Shown piece by piece: positions 54,371-63,749 of a stretch of 64,000 nt of DNA; position 1 is the first letter of the stretch, and each line of letters opens with the position of its first letter. Under the pieces are notes generated by a model, which had not been told where the DNA came from, searched no databases, and saw nothing but the letters and a program-made list of their open reading frames with translations. The DNA lies in the IMG/VR virus record IMGVR_UViG_3300048850_000064, positions 39,743-103,742 of that record, one strand, 5' to 3'. This DNA comes from a virus. Its lineage: Duplodnaviria > Heunggongvirae > Uroviricota > Caudoviricetes. Both the position numbers and the translations under genes were made by a program.

Positions 54371-54398
54371 GCAAAAAAAGAGCCCGTCAGGCGGGCTC
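54371..54398 (-). terminator. Rho-independent terminator (minus strand)
   Basis: GAGCCCG-cctga-CGGGCTC followed by U7 on minus strand. Confidence 0.65.
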
Positions 54399-54950
54399 GA
54401 AACCCTCGAGGTCGAAGAGCATTTCGTATTCGTCGAGGCTGACCTTGATCGTCTTCCAGGTGAAGATGATCGCGTCGTTACGATGGTCGTCCGTCCGCTC
54501 AAAGTCCGGCGAGACGTTGTTCCTGGTGCAGAAGTCGGCGATCCTGCGGAACTCGTCGCCTGACGATTTGAGCTCGAATTTGCTCAGTTCCGCCCTGCGG
54601 ATGAAGGCGGGGCGCATGATCCCGTAATCGTCGCGGATCTCGACCGCTCCTCCGCGCCGGCGGGTCTGACAGTCGAGATAGCCGACCATGCGCTTCTCGA
54701 CCCAGACCTGAACACGCTCTCTCGTGAAGATGTCGATAGGGTAGGGGTCCAGGGGATCGGGCTCCGGCGCGTGCAGAGCTTCGATAGCGTCCTCGAGCAT
54801 CTCCCTGGTAAGGGTGGAACCGCCGATCCTGTCTGCGGTGATGGAGTTGGCAATCATCTTCTCGGCCGAGATTGCCGTCGGCCGCAACATGCCGACGCCG
54901 TGATGCCAGGTCGTGCTCGTCAAGGCACCGAAGGGGTCCGGCTTCGTCAC
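54387..54950 (-). CDS. Hypothetical protein
   Basis: GTGA overlap with upstream gene at 54947-54950. Confidence 0.45.
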   Translation of the reverse strand: MTKPDPFGALTSTTWHHGVGMLRPTAISAEKMIANSITADRIGGSTLTREMLEDAIEALHAPEPDPLDPYPIDIFTRERVQVWVEKRMVGYLDCQTRRRGGAVEIRDDYGIMRPAFIRRAELSKFELKSSGDEFRRIADFCTRNNVSPDFERTDDHRNDAIIFTWKTIKVSLDEYEMLFDLEGFEPA

Positions 54951-55537
54951 AGCGCGATCTCCGTATGATTGCCGATCACCGCGATCAGCTTGTCGGCCAG
55001 GTCGCGCCGGGCCTCTTCCTTCGACAGGCCGCGCGCCAGGCCGTCGTTCTGGATCCGCGCCTGGCAATAGGCGTTGTTGTAGGCGTCGAAGGGATAGATC
55101 GAAGGCGGGGCGAGGGGATTGACGATCTCGATGACGAGCGCGCCGCGGTCGCGCCAGTATTTGCCCTGCTCACGACGCACCGAGCCAAAGACGGAATAGC
55201 TGCCCTTCGGCCGGGCATGATGGCTCATCATCGGGATGACCTCGCCACCGAACTTGTCCTCGAAGGCATTGCCGATCTCACCGAGGATCTCGCGGACCTG
55301 CCACTTGCGGCCGTTGATCTCGACATATTCGAGCTTGCCTTCCTGGGTGAAGACCTGGTGCGCGGTGAGGCCGAGATAGTCCATGGCGATCTTGCGCAGC
55401 GGCAGGCCGTCGTCGGCGAGCTCGTGACCGTAGATCTCGTTGATGATCTCTGCAGCCGTCGACTTGCCGGAGGTCGGATTGCCGCAGAGCGCGATGATCT
55501 TCGGCAGGGTGACGAGCGGGAAGGGGGATGCGTTCAA
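54947..55537 (-). CDS. P-loop dNMP-kinase-like protein
   Basis: Walker A CGNPTSGKST. Confidence 0.5.
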   Translation of the reverse strand: MNASPFPLVTLPKIIALCGNPTSGKSTAAEIINEIYGHELADDGLPLRKIAMDYLGLTAHQVFTQEGKLEYVEINGRKWQVREILGEIGNAFEDKFGGEVIPMMSHHARPKGSYSVFGSVRREQGKYWRDRGALVIEIVNPLAPPSIYPFDAYNNAYCQARIQNDGLARGLSKEEARRDLADKLIAVIGNHTEIAL

Positions 55538-55557
55538 GGGAGCGTCTCCTGTGAGAA

Positions 55558-55584
55558 AGTCAGTAATGACTGACTATATAGCGG
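55558..55584 (-). promoter_or_regulatory. Promoter/operator signature on minus strand (rc CCGCTATATAGTCAGTCATTACTGACT)
   Basis: Read directly. Confidence 0.55.
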
Positions 55585-55612
55585 GCGACGCGAAGTTCGT
55601 CGGGGCAGGGCG

Positions 55613-55822
55613 CTAATTCGCCTTTTCGGGCGATCTTTCTTTCGTGCTTTCGTCCATGACTGCGCGCAGCCGGGTGACTGTCGCCTTCAGCCGGCGCTTG
55701 AGCTCGCGGTTTTCCATGGTCAGCCGATCGACCTCGGCTGCCAGGTGGTCGTTGCTGAGCACGGACTTGCCGCGCGCGTCGAAGAAGTGGACCGGGTCGC
55801 GAAGTCTACTGAAGTGCTTCAA
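55613..55822 (-). CDS. Hypothetical coiled-coil protein
   Basis: 69 aa ORF. Confidence 0.35.
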   Translation of the reverse strand: MKHFSRLRDPVHFFDARGKSVLSNDHLAAEVDRLTMENRELKRRLKATVTRLRAVMDESTKERSPEKAN

Positions 55823-55979
55823 CGGTGACGCCTCGCTCCTTGAGGATCGACTGGACGAGTGCCGCCTGGCGCCGATGCTGCTTGGCCCACTGCGGGTCGT
55901 CGGTGGTCGCGGCCGCCCAGTTCAGCCGGTGGAACTGATGCTTGAGCTCGGTCGTGCTCATCTTGCGGTAACTGCTCAT
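55806..55979 (-). CDS. Small hypothetical protein (57 aa)
   Basis: Hand-translated MSSYRKMSTTELKHQFHRLNWAAATTDDPQW...; ATGA overlap with helicase stop. Confidence 0.35.
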   Translation of the reverse strand: MSSYRKMSTTELKHQFHRLNWAAATTDDPQWAKQHRRQAALVQSILKERGVTVEALQ

Positions 55980-57562
55980 GCTGCTTTCCTTTTCTCGAAG
56001 ATCGACCAGTCGAGCTTGGTGACGATGCCCTCGGCAAAGCCGGGCGTCTGCTCGACGATCAGCCGGCGCGCCTTTGCGTGCTCGGCCAGTTTGACGTTCA
56101 TGTTCACGGAATAATCGATGCAGAAGGAGACGTTCGGCCCGACCTTCTTGGCGCGCAGCACGCGGCCGATGCGCTGGCGGGTCGCGACCTCGGCCTTTCC
56201 ACCGCCGAGCTGCTGCAGGAGCCCGATCGCCGGCACGTCGACGCCGACGTCGAGGATTGAGGTGCCGATGACGACGTCATATTCGCCGGCCGCAAGCTGC
56301 CTAAGCACCTTCTTGCGCTCGTCGTTGTCGTTCTCGCCCTTGAGGAAGATCGCCCGAAGCCCGGCCTTCCTGTAGGCAGCCTCGACCGCGGCGCCGTGCT
56401 CCTTGAGGCGGAGGAGGGCGAGCACCGGCAGCCCGTATTTCTTCGCCATCAGTGCATCGCCGATCGCGTCGGCCAGCATGAACTCGTTCTGCTTGTAGCC
56501 GAGCTCATAGGCGCGCTCCCACGGCGAGGTGCGGTAGAGCTTCGGATGCGGCTTGCAGTCCCGGAACAGGAAATAGGGCTTTGCCAGGATGCCGCGGTCG
56601 ATCAGCATCTTCTCGGAGATCTTGATCAGCACCGGGCCGAAGGCGGCCATCAGCCGCATATTGTCCTCGGCCGAGTCGCGCATGAACGGCGTTGCGGTGA
56701 GCGCGACCCGGATCGTCGCGTTCTTGCAGTGCTTGAGGATCCGGAAGTAGCTGTCGCCACCGGCCTCGTGCGCCTCCTCGCCGATGACGATCTCGATCAT
56801 CTCCAGCACCTTGAGGATCTGGTTTCGCTTTTTCGTCTTTTCGTCGAATCGTTCTTTCGCGATTGCCCGAATCTCGTCCCAGGTGAGATCGGCGCTCTTT
56901 TTCTTGGAGCGATGGATCGACTTGACGACGGCGCGATGCTCGGCCTCGAGGTCCGGCTCCTCGAGGGCTGCGACCAGCGTCTGCACCATGCCGAGATTGA
57001 CGCCCTTCGTCACCTTGAACTCGCCGTCACCGATGATGCCGGTATTGAGCCGCAGCTCGTCGAGCTGATCCTTCATCTGATAGAGCAGCACGCCGCGGGT
57101 GGTCAGAAACAGCGTCATGCGCCGGTAGCGCGCCATCACCAGCTTGGCGATCTTCGACTTTCCGCCACCCGTTGCGACCTGGATGATGCCGCGGCCGTGC
57201 TTTTCGACCTGGCGCAGCGCCCGGACCTGGTAGTCGTAGCGCGGATCGTCGTTGCCGAATTCGTCGACGATCGGGTTTTCCGGCCCGAGCGGGGTTACGT
57301 GCGGCTTGCGGATGAGCTGGACCTGATGGCCGCGGCGCGTCAGCTCCGAATGCACCAGGAAGACGAAGCCGGCCGGAAACGAATGAGTGCGGAACTCGTA
57401 GAAGGACGAGCGGCCGTCCCAGGAGCCGGTGTTGAATGCAAACGAGCGATCGGCGCCGTCGACCATGTAGGAGAGCAGCTCGGAGACGAGGTTCGCGATC
57501 TCCTTGGGCGGATCCATCAGTCTTGCTACGACTGCATTGTGGGCGAGTTTTACCAGTGCCAT
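55976..57562 (-). CDS. Superfamily-2 DEAD/DEAH-box helicase
   Basis: Motif I ATGGGKS, II GEEAHE, helicase C-terminal GRVLR. Confidence 0.65.
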   Translation of the reverse strand: MALVKLAHNAVVARLMDPPKEIANLVSELLSYMVDGADRSFAFNTGSWDGRSSFYEFRTHSFPAGFVFLVHSELTRRGHQVQLIRKPHVTPLGPENPIVDEFGNDDPRYDYQVRALRQVEKHGRGIIQVATGGGKSKIAKLVMARYRRMTLFLTTRGVLLYQMKDQLDELRLNTGIIGDGEFKVTKGVNLGMVQTLVAALEEPDLEAEHRAVVKSIHRSKKKSADLTWDEIRAIAKERFDEKTKKRNQILKVLEMIEIVIGEEAHEAGGDSYFRILKHCKNATIRVALTATPFMRDSAEDNMRLMAAFGPVLIKISEKMLIDRGILAKPYFLFRDCKPHPKLYRTSPWERAYELGYKQNEFMLADAIGDALMAKKYGLPVLALLRLKEHGAAVEAAYRKAGLRAIFLKGENDNDERKKVLRQLAAGEYDVVIGTSILDVGVDVPAIGLLQQLGGGKAEVATRQRIGRVLRAKKVGPNVSFCIDYSVNMNVKLAEHAKARRLIVEQTPGFAEGIVTKLDWSIFEKRKAA

Positions 57563-57616
57563 CGTCTATTCTTGCTTTCGTGCTTTATTGCGGGCCTTGC
57601 CTAGTGCTTCATACGT

Positions 57617-57648
57617 GATATATAGTCAGTCATCAATGACTGACTGAG
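57617..57648. promoter_or_regulatory. Divergent promoter region with palindrome TATATAGTCAGTCATCAATGACTGACTGA
   Basis: Between minus helicase gene and plus 57657 gene. Confidence 0.55.
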
Positions 57649-57656
57649 GATTTACC

Positions 57657-58394
57657 TTGTCGTATCCGAAATACGCGATAGTCGACTCAGGCGAGCTGAC
57701 CCCGCCGCCCTCCAATCCCAACATCATGACGCCCGAGAACGAGGCCAAGCTCGAGGCGTCGATCAAACGCTTCGGCTTCTTCCGCCCGGTGATCGTGCGC
57801 GAGCTGGAGGACAAGCTCGAGATCGTCGGTGGCGAGCATCGCTGGGAGATCGCCCGGCGCCACGGCATGAAGGTGCCGATCATGAATCTCGGGCCGATCT
57901 CCGACCAGGAAGCGCGCGAGATTCTCTTGGCAGACAATGCCCGTTACGGCGTCGACGACACACTGTCGCTCGCCGAATTCCTCAAGGAGATGGGGGATGT
58001 TGCCGTCGACGATCTGCAAGACTTCCTGCCCTATACTGAAACCGATCTCACTGAAATTTTCTCGTCAGTAGATATAGCGCTCGACGATCTGGATATCGCG
58101 GAAAGCTTTGAAAAAGACGAGGAAAAAGACGCCGAACCGCCGGCCGTCAAGGCACCGAAGACCCATACGATCATGCGCTTCAAGGTTGCGCTCGCCGATG
58201 CCGAGCGGCTGACCGAGGTGATCGCCAAGACCCAGAAGCATCACGGCTACACCACGGCCGACGAACTGACCAATGCCGGCGACGCGCTGGTGCACCTGGT
58301 CTTCGGCTCGACCGCCCGGATTGAGCCCGCGGAAGAGCCCGCCTTCGAGCTCGACGACATCGACGAAATCGACCTCGAGGATCTGGGCGAATGA
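57657..58394 (+). CDS. ParB-like nuclease domain protein
   Basis: IVGGEHRWEIARRHG ParB/Srx motif. Confidence 0.55.
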   Translation: MSYPKYAIVDSGELTPPPSNPNIMTPENEAKLEASIKRFGFFRPVIVRELEDKLEIVGGEHRWEIARRHGMKVPIMNLGPISDQEAREILLADNARYGVDDTLSLAEFLKEMGDVAVDDLQDFLPYTETDLTEIFSSVDIALDDLDIAESFEKDEEKDAEPPAVKAPKTHTIMRFKVALADAERLTEVIAKTQKHHGYTTADELTNAGDALVHLVFGSTARIEPAEEPAFELDDIDEIDLEDLGE

Positions 58395-58570
58395 AGCCGA
58401 AATTCGAGGAATGCACCGACTGCCGCTACTTCATCGCCCGAGGCAAGGTCGCCAATCCGGCCTGCGGCGAGTGCGGTAGCGGGCAGTTCTTCGAGGAGCG
58501 CGTTCGCGAGCGCCGGCCCTCCAATGACGAACTCATGACCATTTTTGGGAGAATGCACGATGACGACTGA
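58391..58570 (+). CDS. Zinc-ribbon small protein
   Basis: CTDCRY...CGECG. Confidence 0.4.
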   Translation: MKPKFEECTDCRYFIARGKVANPACGECGSGQFFEERVRERRPSNDELMTIFGRMHDDD

Positions 58571-59231
58571 GGCTCTGCCGGTCGAGCTGTGGGAAACCGA
58601 CCGCCTCGTTCCATACGAGAAGAACGCCAAGAAGCATCCGGAAGAGCAGATCGAGAAGCTGGCGAAAGCCATCGAGCGCTTCGGGTGGGATCAGCCGATC
58701 GTCGTCGACAAGGACGGCGTCATCATCAAGGGCCACGGCCGGCGCCTGGCTGCGCTGAAGCTTGGTCGCAAGAAGGTGCCGGTGGTCATCCGCCGCGACC
58801 TGTCGCCGGCCGAATGCGATGCGCTGCGGCTTTCCGACAACCGCGTCGTGTCGACCGACTACGACATGGATCTCGTCAATGAGGAGCTCGCCCGGTTTGC
58901 CGACGACACCGACCTGATCGGCGCCATCGGCTTCGATGCCCGCGAGCTTGAATTCGCGATCGGCGACATCGCCGCGATGGACGAGACGATCTTCGTCGAC
59001 GACATCGCCACGGCCGTCGAGGAGCAGAAGACCGAGACCGACCGCAAGGCCGGCGAGGCCGACGACATCGCCGCACCCGTCGCCGACGCCTTCGGCTTCA
59101 AGCGCGTCACCATCGCCCAGTCGCGCGAGATCCGCGGCTACATGTCGAAGATCGAGGCCACGACCGGCAAGCAGGGCGTCGATGCCCTGCTGCACTTCTT
59201 CGGCGACGCCGCTTCCGTTCTGGGGATTTAG
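58560..59231 (+). CDS. ParB-like nuclease domain protein (second copy)
   Basis: IIKGHGRRLAALKLG, DNR. Confidence 0.55.
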   Translation: MTTEALPVELWETDRLVPYEKNAKKHPEEQIEKLAKAIERFGWDQPIVVDKDGVIIKGHGRRLAALKLGRKKVPVVIRRDLSPAECDALRLSDNRVVSTDYDMDLVNEELARFADDTDLIGAIGFDARELEFAIGDIAAMDETIFVDDIATAVEEQKTETDRKAGEADDIAAPVADAFGFKRVTIAQSREIRGYMSKIEATTGKQGVDALLHFFGDAASVLGI

Positions 59232-59237
59232 TAAGTC

Positions 59238-59639
59238 ATGAATGACATACCGGACAATGTCATCGCCCTGCGCTCGAAGAAGTCGCTCGCCGAAACAGAG
59301 GCGGCCGAGCTCGAGGCGATCGAGAAATCCAACCAGGCGGAGATCGCCACAAACCTCGCCTGGTTCGACAAGATCCGCGAGAACATTGCGGCCGGCCATT
59401 TCACCATGCCTTTCGTCATCGCCTATGCGCCGGACGCCGGGCTGTTTCTCTGCGACTTCGTAGCGCCGGAGTCCGGTATCTCCGCCTCGCTGGCGCGCGA
59501 ATACATGGCCCAGCTCGAACTGGCGAAGCTCTCGATGGCCGAAATAGCCTCGATGGGACCGGTGCTGCAGGTCGACGGCAGCATTCTCGACCAGACGGCC
59601 GCGGCCGAAGCCGAGCCGGAAGGGGAGGGCGACGAATGA
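59238..59639 (+). CDS. Hypothetical protein
   Basis: Start inside palindrome TAAGTCATGAATGACATA. Confidence 0.45.
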   Translation: MNDIPDNVIALRSKKSLAETEAAELEAIEKSNQAEIATNLAWFDKIRENIAAGHFTMPFVIAYAPDAGLFLCDFVAPESGISASLAREYMAQLELAKLSMAEIASMGPVLQVDGSILDQTAAAEAEPEGEGDE

Positions 59640-60277
59640 CCGAATACGTCATCGACCGCGCCTTCACCTCCTCGGTCGCGCGCACCGAGCGCGTGCTCGA
59701 GGTCGCCGAGGCCTTCGGTCTTGGTCTCTCGGAGAAGAAGTTCGTCATCTACGACAAGCTGGCGCTGACCATCAACCAGGGCGACGTCGTCTACATCACT
59801 GGTCAGTCGGGCTCGGGCAAGTCGCTGCTCCTGAAAGACCTGATGGCGCAGATGAAGACCGATCTCAAGGTCGCCGACCTCAATGAGATCGCGCTCGATC
59901 CGGACCTGCCGGTGATCGACCAGCTCGGCAGGAACACCGTGCATGCGACGGAGCTTCTGGCGAAGGCCGGCATCTCGGACGCCTGGATCTACATCCGCAA
60001 GCCCGGCGAGCTCTCCGACGGCCAGCGCTACCGGCTGAAGCTCGCGAAGATCATGGAGCAGGACGCCGACGTCTGGGTCGCCGACGAGTTCGGCGCCGTG
60101 CTCGACCGCGTCACAGCAAAGGTGGTGGCGTTTAACGTCCAGAAGGTCGCCCGGACACTGGGTAAGACGCTGATGGTCGCCACGACCCACACCGACCTGG
60201 TCGAGGAGCTCGGCCCGGATCTCACCATCACCAAGCGCTTCCGCGAGCGCGTCGATATCGAGGAGAAGGCGGTATGA
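59636..60277 (+). CDS. Stand-alone ABC-type ATPase
   Basis: Walker A GQSGSGKS, signature LSDGQRYR, Walker B VWVADEF. Confidence 0.6.
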   Translation: MTEYVIDRAFTSSVARTERVLEVAEAFGLGLSEKKFVIYDKLALTINQGDVVYITGQSGSGKSLLLKDLMAQMKTDLKVADLNEIALDPDLPVIDQLGRNTVHATELLAKAGISDAWIYIRKPGELSDGQRYRLKLAKIMEQDADVWVADEFGAVLDRVTAKVVAFNVQKVARTLGKTLMVATTHTDLVEELGPDLTITKRFRERVDIEEKAV

Positions 60278-60471
60278 CCATCGCCTGGCTTGGCGCCGTC
60301 CTGGTCGCGCTGGTCTATGTGCTGGCGACATTTCTCGTCCTCGCCCTCGTCGGCTGGGCGGTCTTTCTGTTCGTTTCGTTTCTGCTGCGCGACATGCACG
60401 CTCATCTGAGCGAGCTTTTCGTCAAAGACGATGCAGGATCGATCAGGGATGAGCGAGGGCTGCGTCCGTGA
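60274..60471 (+). CDS. Small membrane protein
   Basis: Two hydrophobic helices; ATGA overlap. Confidence 0.45.
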   Translation: MTIAWLGAVLVALVYVLATFLVLALVGWAVFLFVSFLLRDMHAHLSELFVKDDAGSIRDERGLRP

Positions 60472-61358
60472 GCATTTCTGATACCGAGACACTCGTCGAA
60501 CGAAACGCGAGCCCACGGGCTCGTTTTTCGCTTGCGGACGAAATGATCGTCGAGCGCGGCACCAAGGCCGACTGGGATCTGCTGCACGATCTCCACTACA
60601 AGGCGGAGAAGCTGCCGCTCGGCCCGCGCTTCTGGCGCCTGTCGCTGCATGGCGAGACGATCGGCGTGCTCGTCACCGGTTGTCCGAAGGGGATGCTGCG
60701 CGAGCGCCACATGATCTTTCCGCGGCTGAAGCCCCAGGGCGGCGAGACCAGGCTCGTCAACACCACCCGCTACCGCTTCATCAACGACAATTTCCGGGTG
60801 ATCAGCCGCTTCGTCATCGACACGATGTATCGCGGCATCGGCGCCGGCTACCGGATGATGAATCTGGTCTCCAGGATCGAGGGTAACACCTACATGGAGA
60901 TCCAGTCGTCGATGTCGAAGTTCAATCTGTTCGGCCAGAAGGCCGGCTTTCGCTTCGCGCCGCCGATGAGCGCCAACAAGTTCGACGCCGGCATGAAGTT
61001 CTTCCGCTCGCACTTTGCGGCCAATCCGCAGGACTACATGGCGCTGGTCGCCGAGATCGAGGCGACGCCCGAGCCCGGCCGCACCAGGCTGATCGACGCC
61101 TGCAGAACCTTCTACCTGAAGAACTCGGCGCTCGAGAACACGGGTGCAACCCGCGACCGGGCCGAGGGCAGGGTGGCAGCGATGACCCCGACCGAGGTGA
61201 TCAAGGGTATCCAGCAGATGGCGCTCGCCTCGCCGATGTATGGCATCTGGAAGTGCCCGGATTTGAAGGGCAGCGTGCCTGAGCGCCTGCCGCTGACCGC
61301 GTTCGACTGGCAGGGCGCCAGCGAGCCGCTGAAACTGCCGGAAGGGTTCGTGTCGTGA
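60468..61358 (+). CDS. Hypothetical protein (296 aa)
   Basis: GTGA/ATGA-coupled to ABC ATPase operon. Confidence 0.5.
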   Translation: MSISDTETLVERNASPRARFSLADEMIVERGTKADWDLLHDLHYKAEKLPLGPRFWRLSLHGETIGVLVTGCPKGMLRERHMIFPRLKPQGGETRLVNTTRYRFINDNFRVISRFVIDTMYRGIGAGYRMMNLVSRIEGNTYMEIQSSMSKFNLFGQKAGFRFAPPMSANKFDAGMKFFRSHFAANPQDYMALVAEIEATPEPGRTRLIDACRTFYLKNSALENTGATRDRAEGRVAAMTPTEVIKGIQQMALASPMYGIWKCPDLKGSVPERLPLTAFDWQGASEPLKLPEGFVS

Positions 61359-61606
61359 ACGCCAGGCTGACCCGGAAACAGCGTGCCATCCTCGAATGCG
61401 TGTTGAAGGCGGCCGACGCCGGCAACTTCTACAACATCCGCGAGCTGCACGCGACGCTGCCCTACGAGAACCACTACGGTTCGTTCCGGTGCAGCATCAA
61501 GTTTCTGGAGAAGCACAGGCTGATCGAAAAGGAACCGGCCGGAAGAAGTTCGCTGATCAAGCCTACTTCTCTTGCCTATGTGTGGCTGAGACGTGCCGGA
61601 GCATGA
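61355..61606 (+). CDS. Hypothetical protein
   Basis: 83 aa. Confidence 0.45.
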   Translation: MNARLTRKQRAILECVLKAADAGNFYNIRELHATLPYENHYGSFRCSIKFLEKHRLIEKEPAGRSSLIKPTSLAYVWLRRAGA

Positions 61607-61616
61607 GATCCGGATC

Positions 61617-61671
61617 CGTTTTTCGTATAGATATTAGATTCTAACTAATAACTATATTTATACGAAAACGC
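61617..61671. repeat. IR-flanked AT-rich element (CCGTTTTTCGTATA-N28-TATACGAAAACG)
   Basis: Paralog of 46846-46897; upstream of terminase genes. Confidence 0.6.
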
Positions 61672-61755
61672 TTCCGGATTTTAGTTCAACCTTGAACATT
61701 CTCCGGCACGAAAAGGCTGCGAGGGTTGAGAATAGGACTTATCCGGTTTAGGATG

Positions 61756-61776
61756 TTAAGTCATTACTGACTGACT
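61756..61776 (+). promoter_or_regulatory. Operator palindrome TTAAGTCATTACTGACTGACT
   Basis: Read directly. Confidence 0.5.
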
Positions 61777-61788
61777 AGAGTTGAAAAC

Positions 61789-62496
61789 ATGAGCGATGAA
61801 ACACTCTCCGGCCCGATTGAAGACGAGGAGCTCGCGGCTCTCGACGACGATGCCGTTGCCGAGGACGACGCCGCCGATCCGGCGCATGAGGCGAAGAAGG
61901 ACAAGCGTCTGACCGAGGCGGAGAAGGCCGAGATTCGCGAACTGTTCGAACTCGGCAAGATGCGCATGGGCGAGCTGGCGACCAAATACGGCGTCACCCG
62001 CCAGGCGCTGTTCAAGTGGTTCAAGAAGGACGGCATCGTCTATGGCTCGCGCGCTCACGAGATCGCCGCGGCCATATCGTCCGGGCTGAAGAAGGCCGAG
62101 GCGACCCATGCCGAGCGCTACGCCGAAAAGCGCATGGAGTGGATCGAGGAGAGTCGCGTCCAGGGCTACAAGGATCTCAAGCAGGCGATCATGATCGTCA
62201 AGAAGACGCTCGCCGACGCGGTAGTCTCCAAGGCGCCGCTGGGCTCGATCGACGACGACCTGAAGGCGCTGACGCGCTATCACCGGATGCTCGAGAACAA
62301 CGCGGCCGCCCGGCTGAAGCTGCTCGATGCCGACAACGTCGTCGACGAAAAGGATCTGCCGAAGCTGCAGATCGAGGATCTGACCGTCGACAAGATCGTC
62401 GAGTTCCACAAGAACAACGGCATCACCGACGAGGAGGAGCTCGACGCGATCATCAATCGGTTCGCCAATCCGCTCGGAGAGGCGCCGGAAGAATGA
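61789..62496 (+). CDS. Terminase small subunit (HTH-containing)
   Basis: Immediately upstream of terL with ATGA overlap; MGELATKYGVTRQALFKWF HTH. Confidence 0.5.
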   Translation: MSDETLSGPIEDEELAALDDDAVAEDDAADPAHEAKKDKRLTEAEKAEIRELFELGKMRMGELATKYGVTRQALFKWFKKDGIVYGSRAHEIAAAISSGLKKAEATHAERYAEKRMEWIEESRVQGYKDLKQAIMIVKKTLADAVVSKAPLGSIDDDLKALTRYHRMLENNAAARLKLLDADNVVDEKDLPKLQIEDLTVDKIVEFHKNNGITDEEELDAIINRFANPLGEAPEE

Positions 62497-63749
62497 CGCT
62501 TTTCCTGCATCCCGGTCAGAAGATGGTGATCCGCGATCCGCGGCGCTTCCGCGTCGTGGTCGCCGGCCGGCGCTGGGGCAAGACCCAGGTGTCGAAGGCC
62601 GCGCTGATCAGGGCTGCCGTCGAGAAGAACAACCAGCTCGTCTGGTATGTGGCGCCGACCTACCAGATGGCCCGCGGCATTCTCTGGGACGACCTGAAGA
62701 ATTCGATCCCGCGCGCCTTCGTCAAGTCGATCCACGAGACGCGCCTGTCCATCCGGCTGATCAACGGCTCGAAGATCGAGCTGAAGGGCGCCGACAAGCC
62801 CGATACGCTGCGCGGCGTCGGTATTCACTTTCTGGTCATCGACGAGGCCCAGGACATCAAGGAAGAGACCTGGACGCTGGTCCTGCGCCCGACGCTGTCG
62901 ACGACGGCCGGCCGGGTGGTCTTCATCGGCACGCCGAAGTCGTTCAACTGGCTCTACGACCGCTATGTCGACGGCCAGCGCGGCGACACCTATCTCGACG
63001 ACAAGGGCAAGCTGCAGGTCAATCCCTGGAAGAGCTGGCAGTTCCCGACCGTCACCTCGCCGTTCATCCCGCCGTCGGAAATCCACCAGGCGCGCCGCGA
63101 CCTCGACCCGAAATCCTTCAAACAGGAATACGAGGCCTCCTTCGAGACGATGGCCGGCCGCGTCTATTACGGCTTCGACCGGCGCACCCATGTCGGCGAC
63201 TATCCGTTCAACCCGCACCTGCCGATCAAGATCGGCATGGACTTCAACATCAACCCGATGTCGGCCGTGGTCATGCAGGAGCAGGCCAATGGCGAGATCT
63301 GGGCGGTCGACGAGATCATCCTGCAGGGCTCGAACACCCAGGAGACGGCCGACGAGATTTCGCGCCGCTACTGGCGCCATATGAACCAGATCACCATCTA
63401 CCCCGACCCGGCCGGCAACAACCGCAACCACGACCGCGGCGAGAGCTCGCTGCAGATCCTGCGCGAGGCCGGCTTCAAGAGGCTGATGTTCCGGCGCAAG
63501 CATCCGGCCGTCGCCGACCGCGTCAACTCGGTCAACCGGCTGCTGATCGACGCCGAGGGCACCATTCGCTTCAAGGTCAACCGGATCTGCAAGCATACGA
63601 TCGAGGCGCTGGAGCAGACGATCTACAAGGAAGGCTCGCGCGAGGTCGACAAGAAGGCCGGCGTCGAACACCCGGCCGACGCGCTCGGCTATTTCGCAGA
63701 ATACGAGCATCCGGTGATCTTGCGGCAGATCGCAGGGGTCTCCATTTAG
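62493..63749 (+). CDS. Terminase large subunit
   Basis: Walker A VVAGRRWGKT, Walker B LVIDEAQD, C-terminal nuclease-like region. Confidence 0.75.
   Translation: MTLFLHPGQKMVIRDPRRFRVVVAGRRWGKTQVSKAALIRAAVEKNNQLVWYVAPTYQMARGILWDDLKNSIPRAFVKSIHETRLSIRLINGSKIELKGADKPDTLRGVGIHFLVIDEAQDIKEETWTLVLRPTLSTTAGRVVFIGTPKSFNWLYDRYVDGQRGDTYLDDKGKLQVNPWKSWQFPTVTSPFIPPSEIHQARRDLDPKSFKQEYEASFETMAGRVYYGFDRRTHVGDYPFNPHLPIKIGMDFNINPMSAVVMQEQANGEIWAVDEIILQGSNTQETADEISRRYWRHMNQITIYPDPAGNNRNHDRGESSLQILREAGFKRLMFRRKHPAVADRVNSVNRLLIDAEGTIRFKVNRICKHTIEALEQTIYKEGSREVDKKAGVEHPADALGYFAEYEHPVILRQIAGVSI

Noticed and set aside
56396-57604. 402-aa plus-strand ORF
   Set aside because: It is antisense to the SF2 helicase gene, which has Walker motifs. 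It is an artefact.
62280-63710. 476-aa minus-strand ORF
   Set aside because: It is antisense to the terminase large subunit, which has Walker A and B motifs. It is an artefact.
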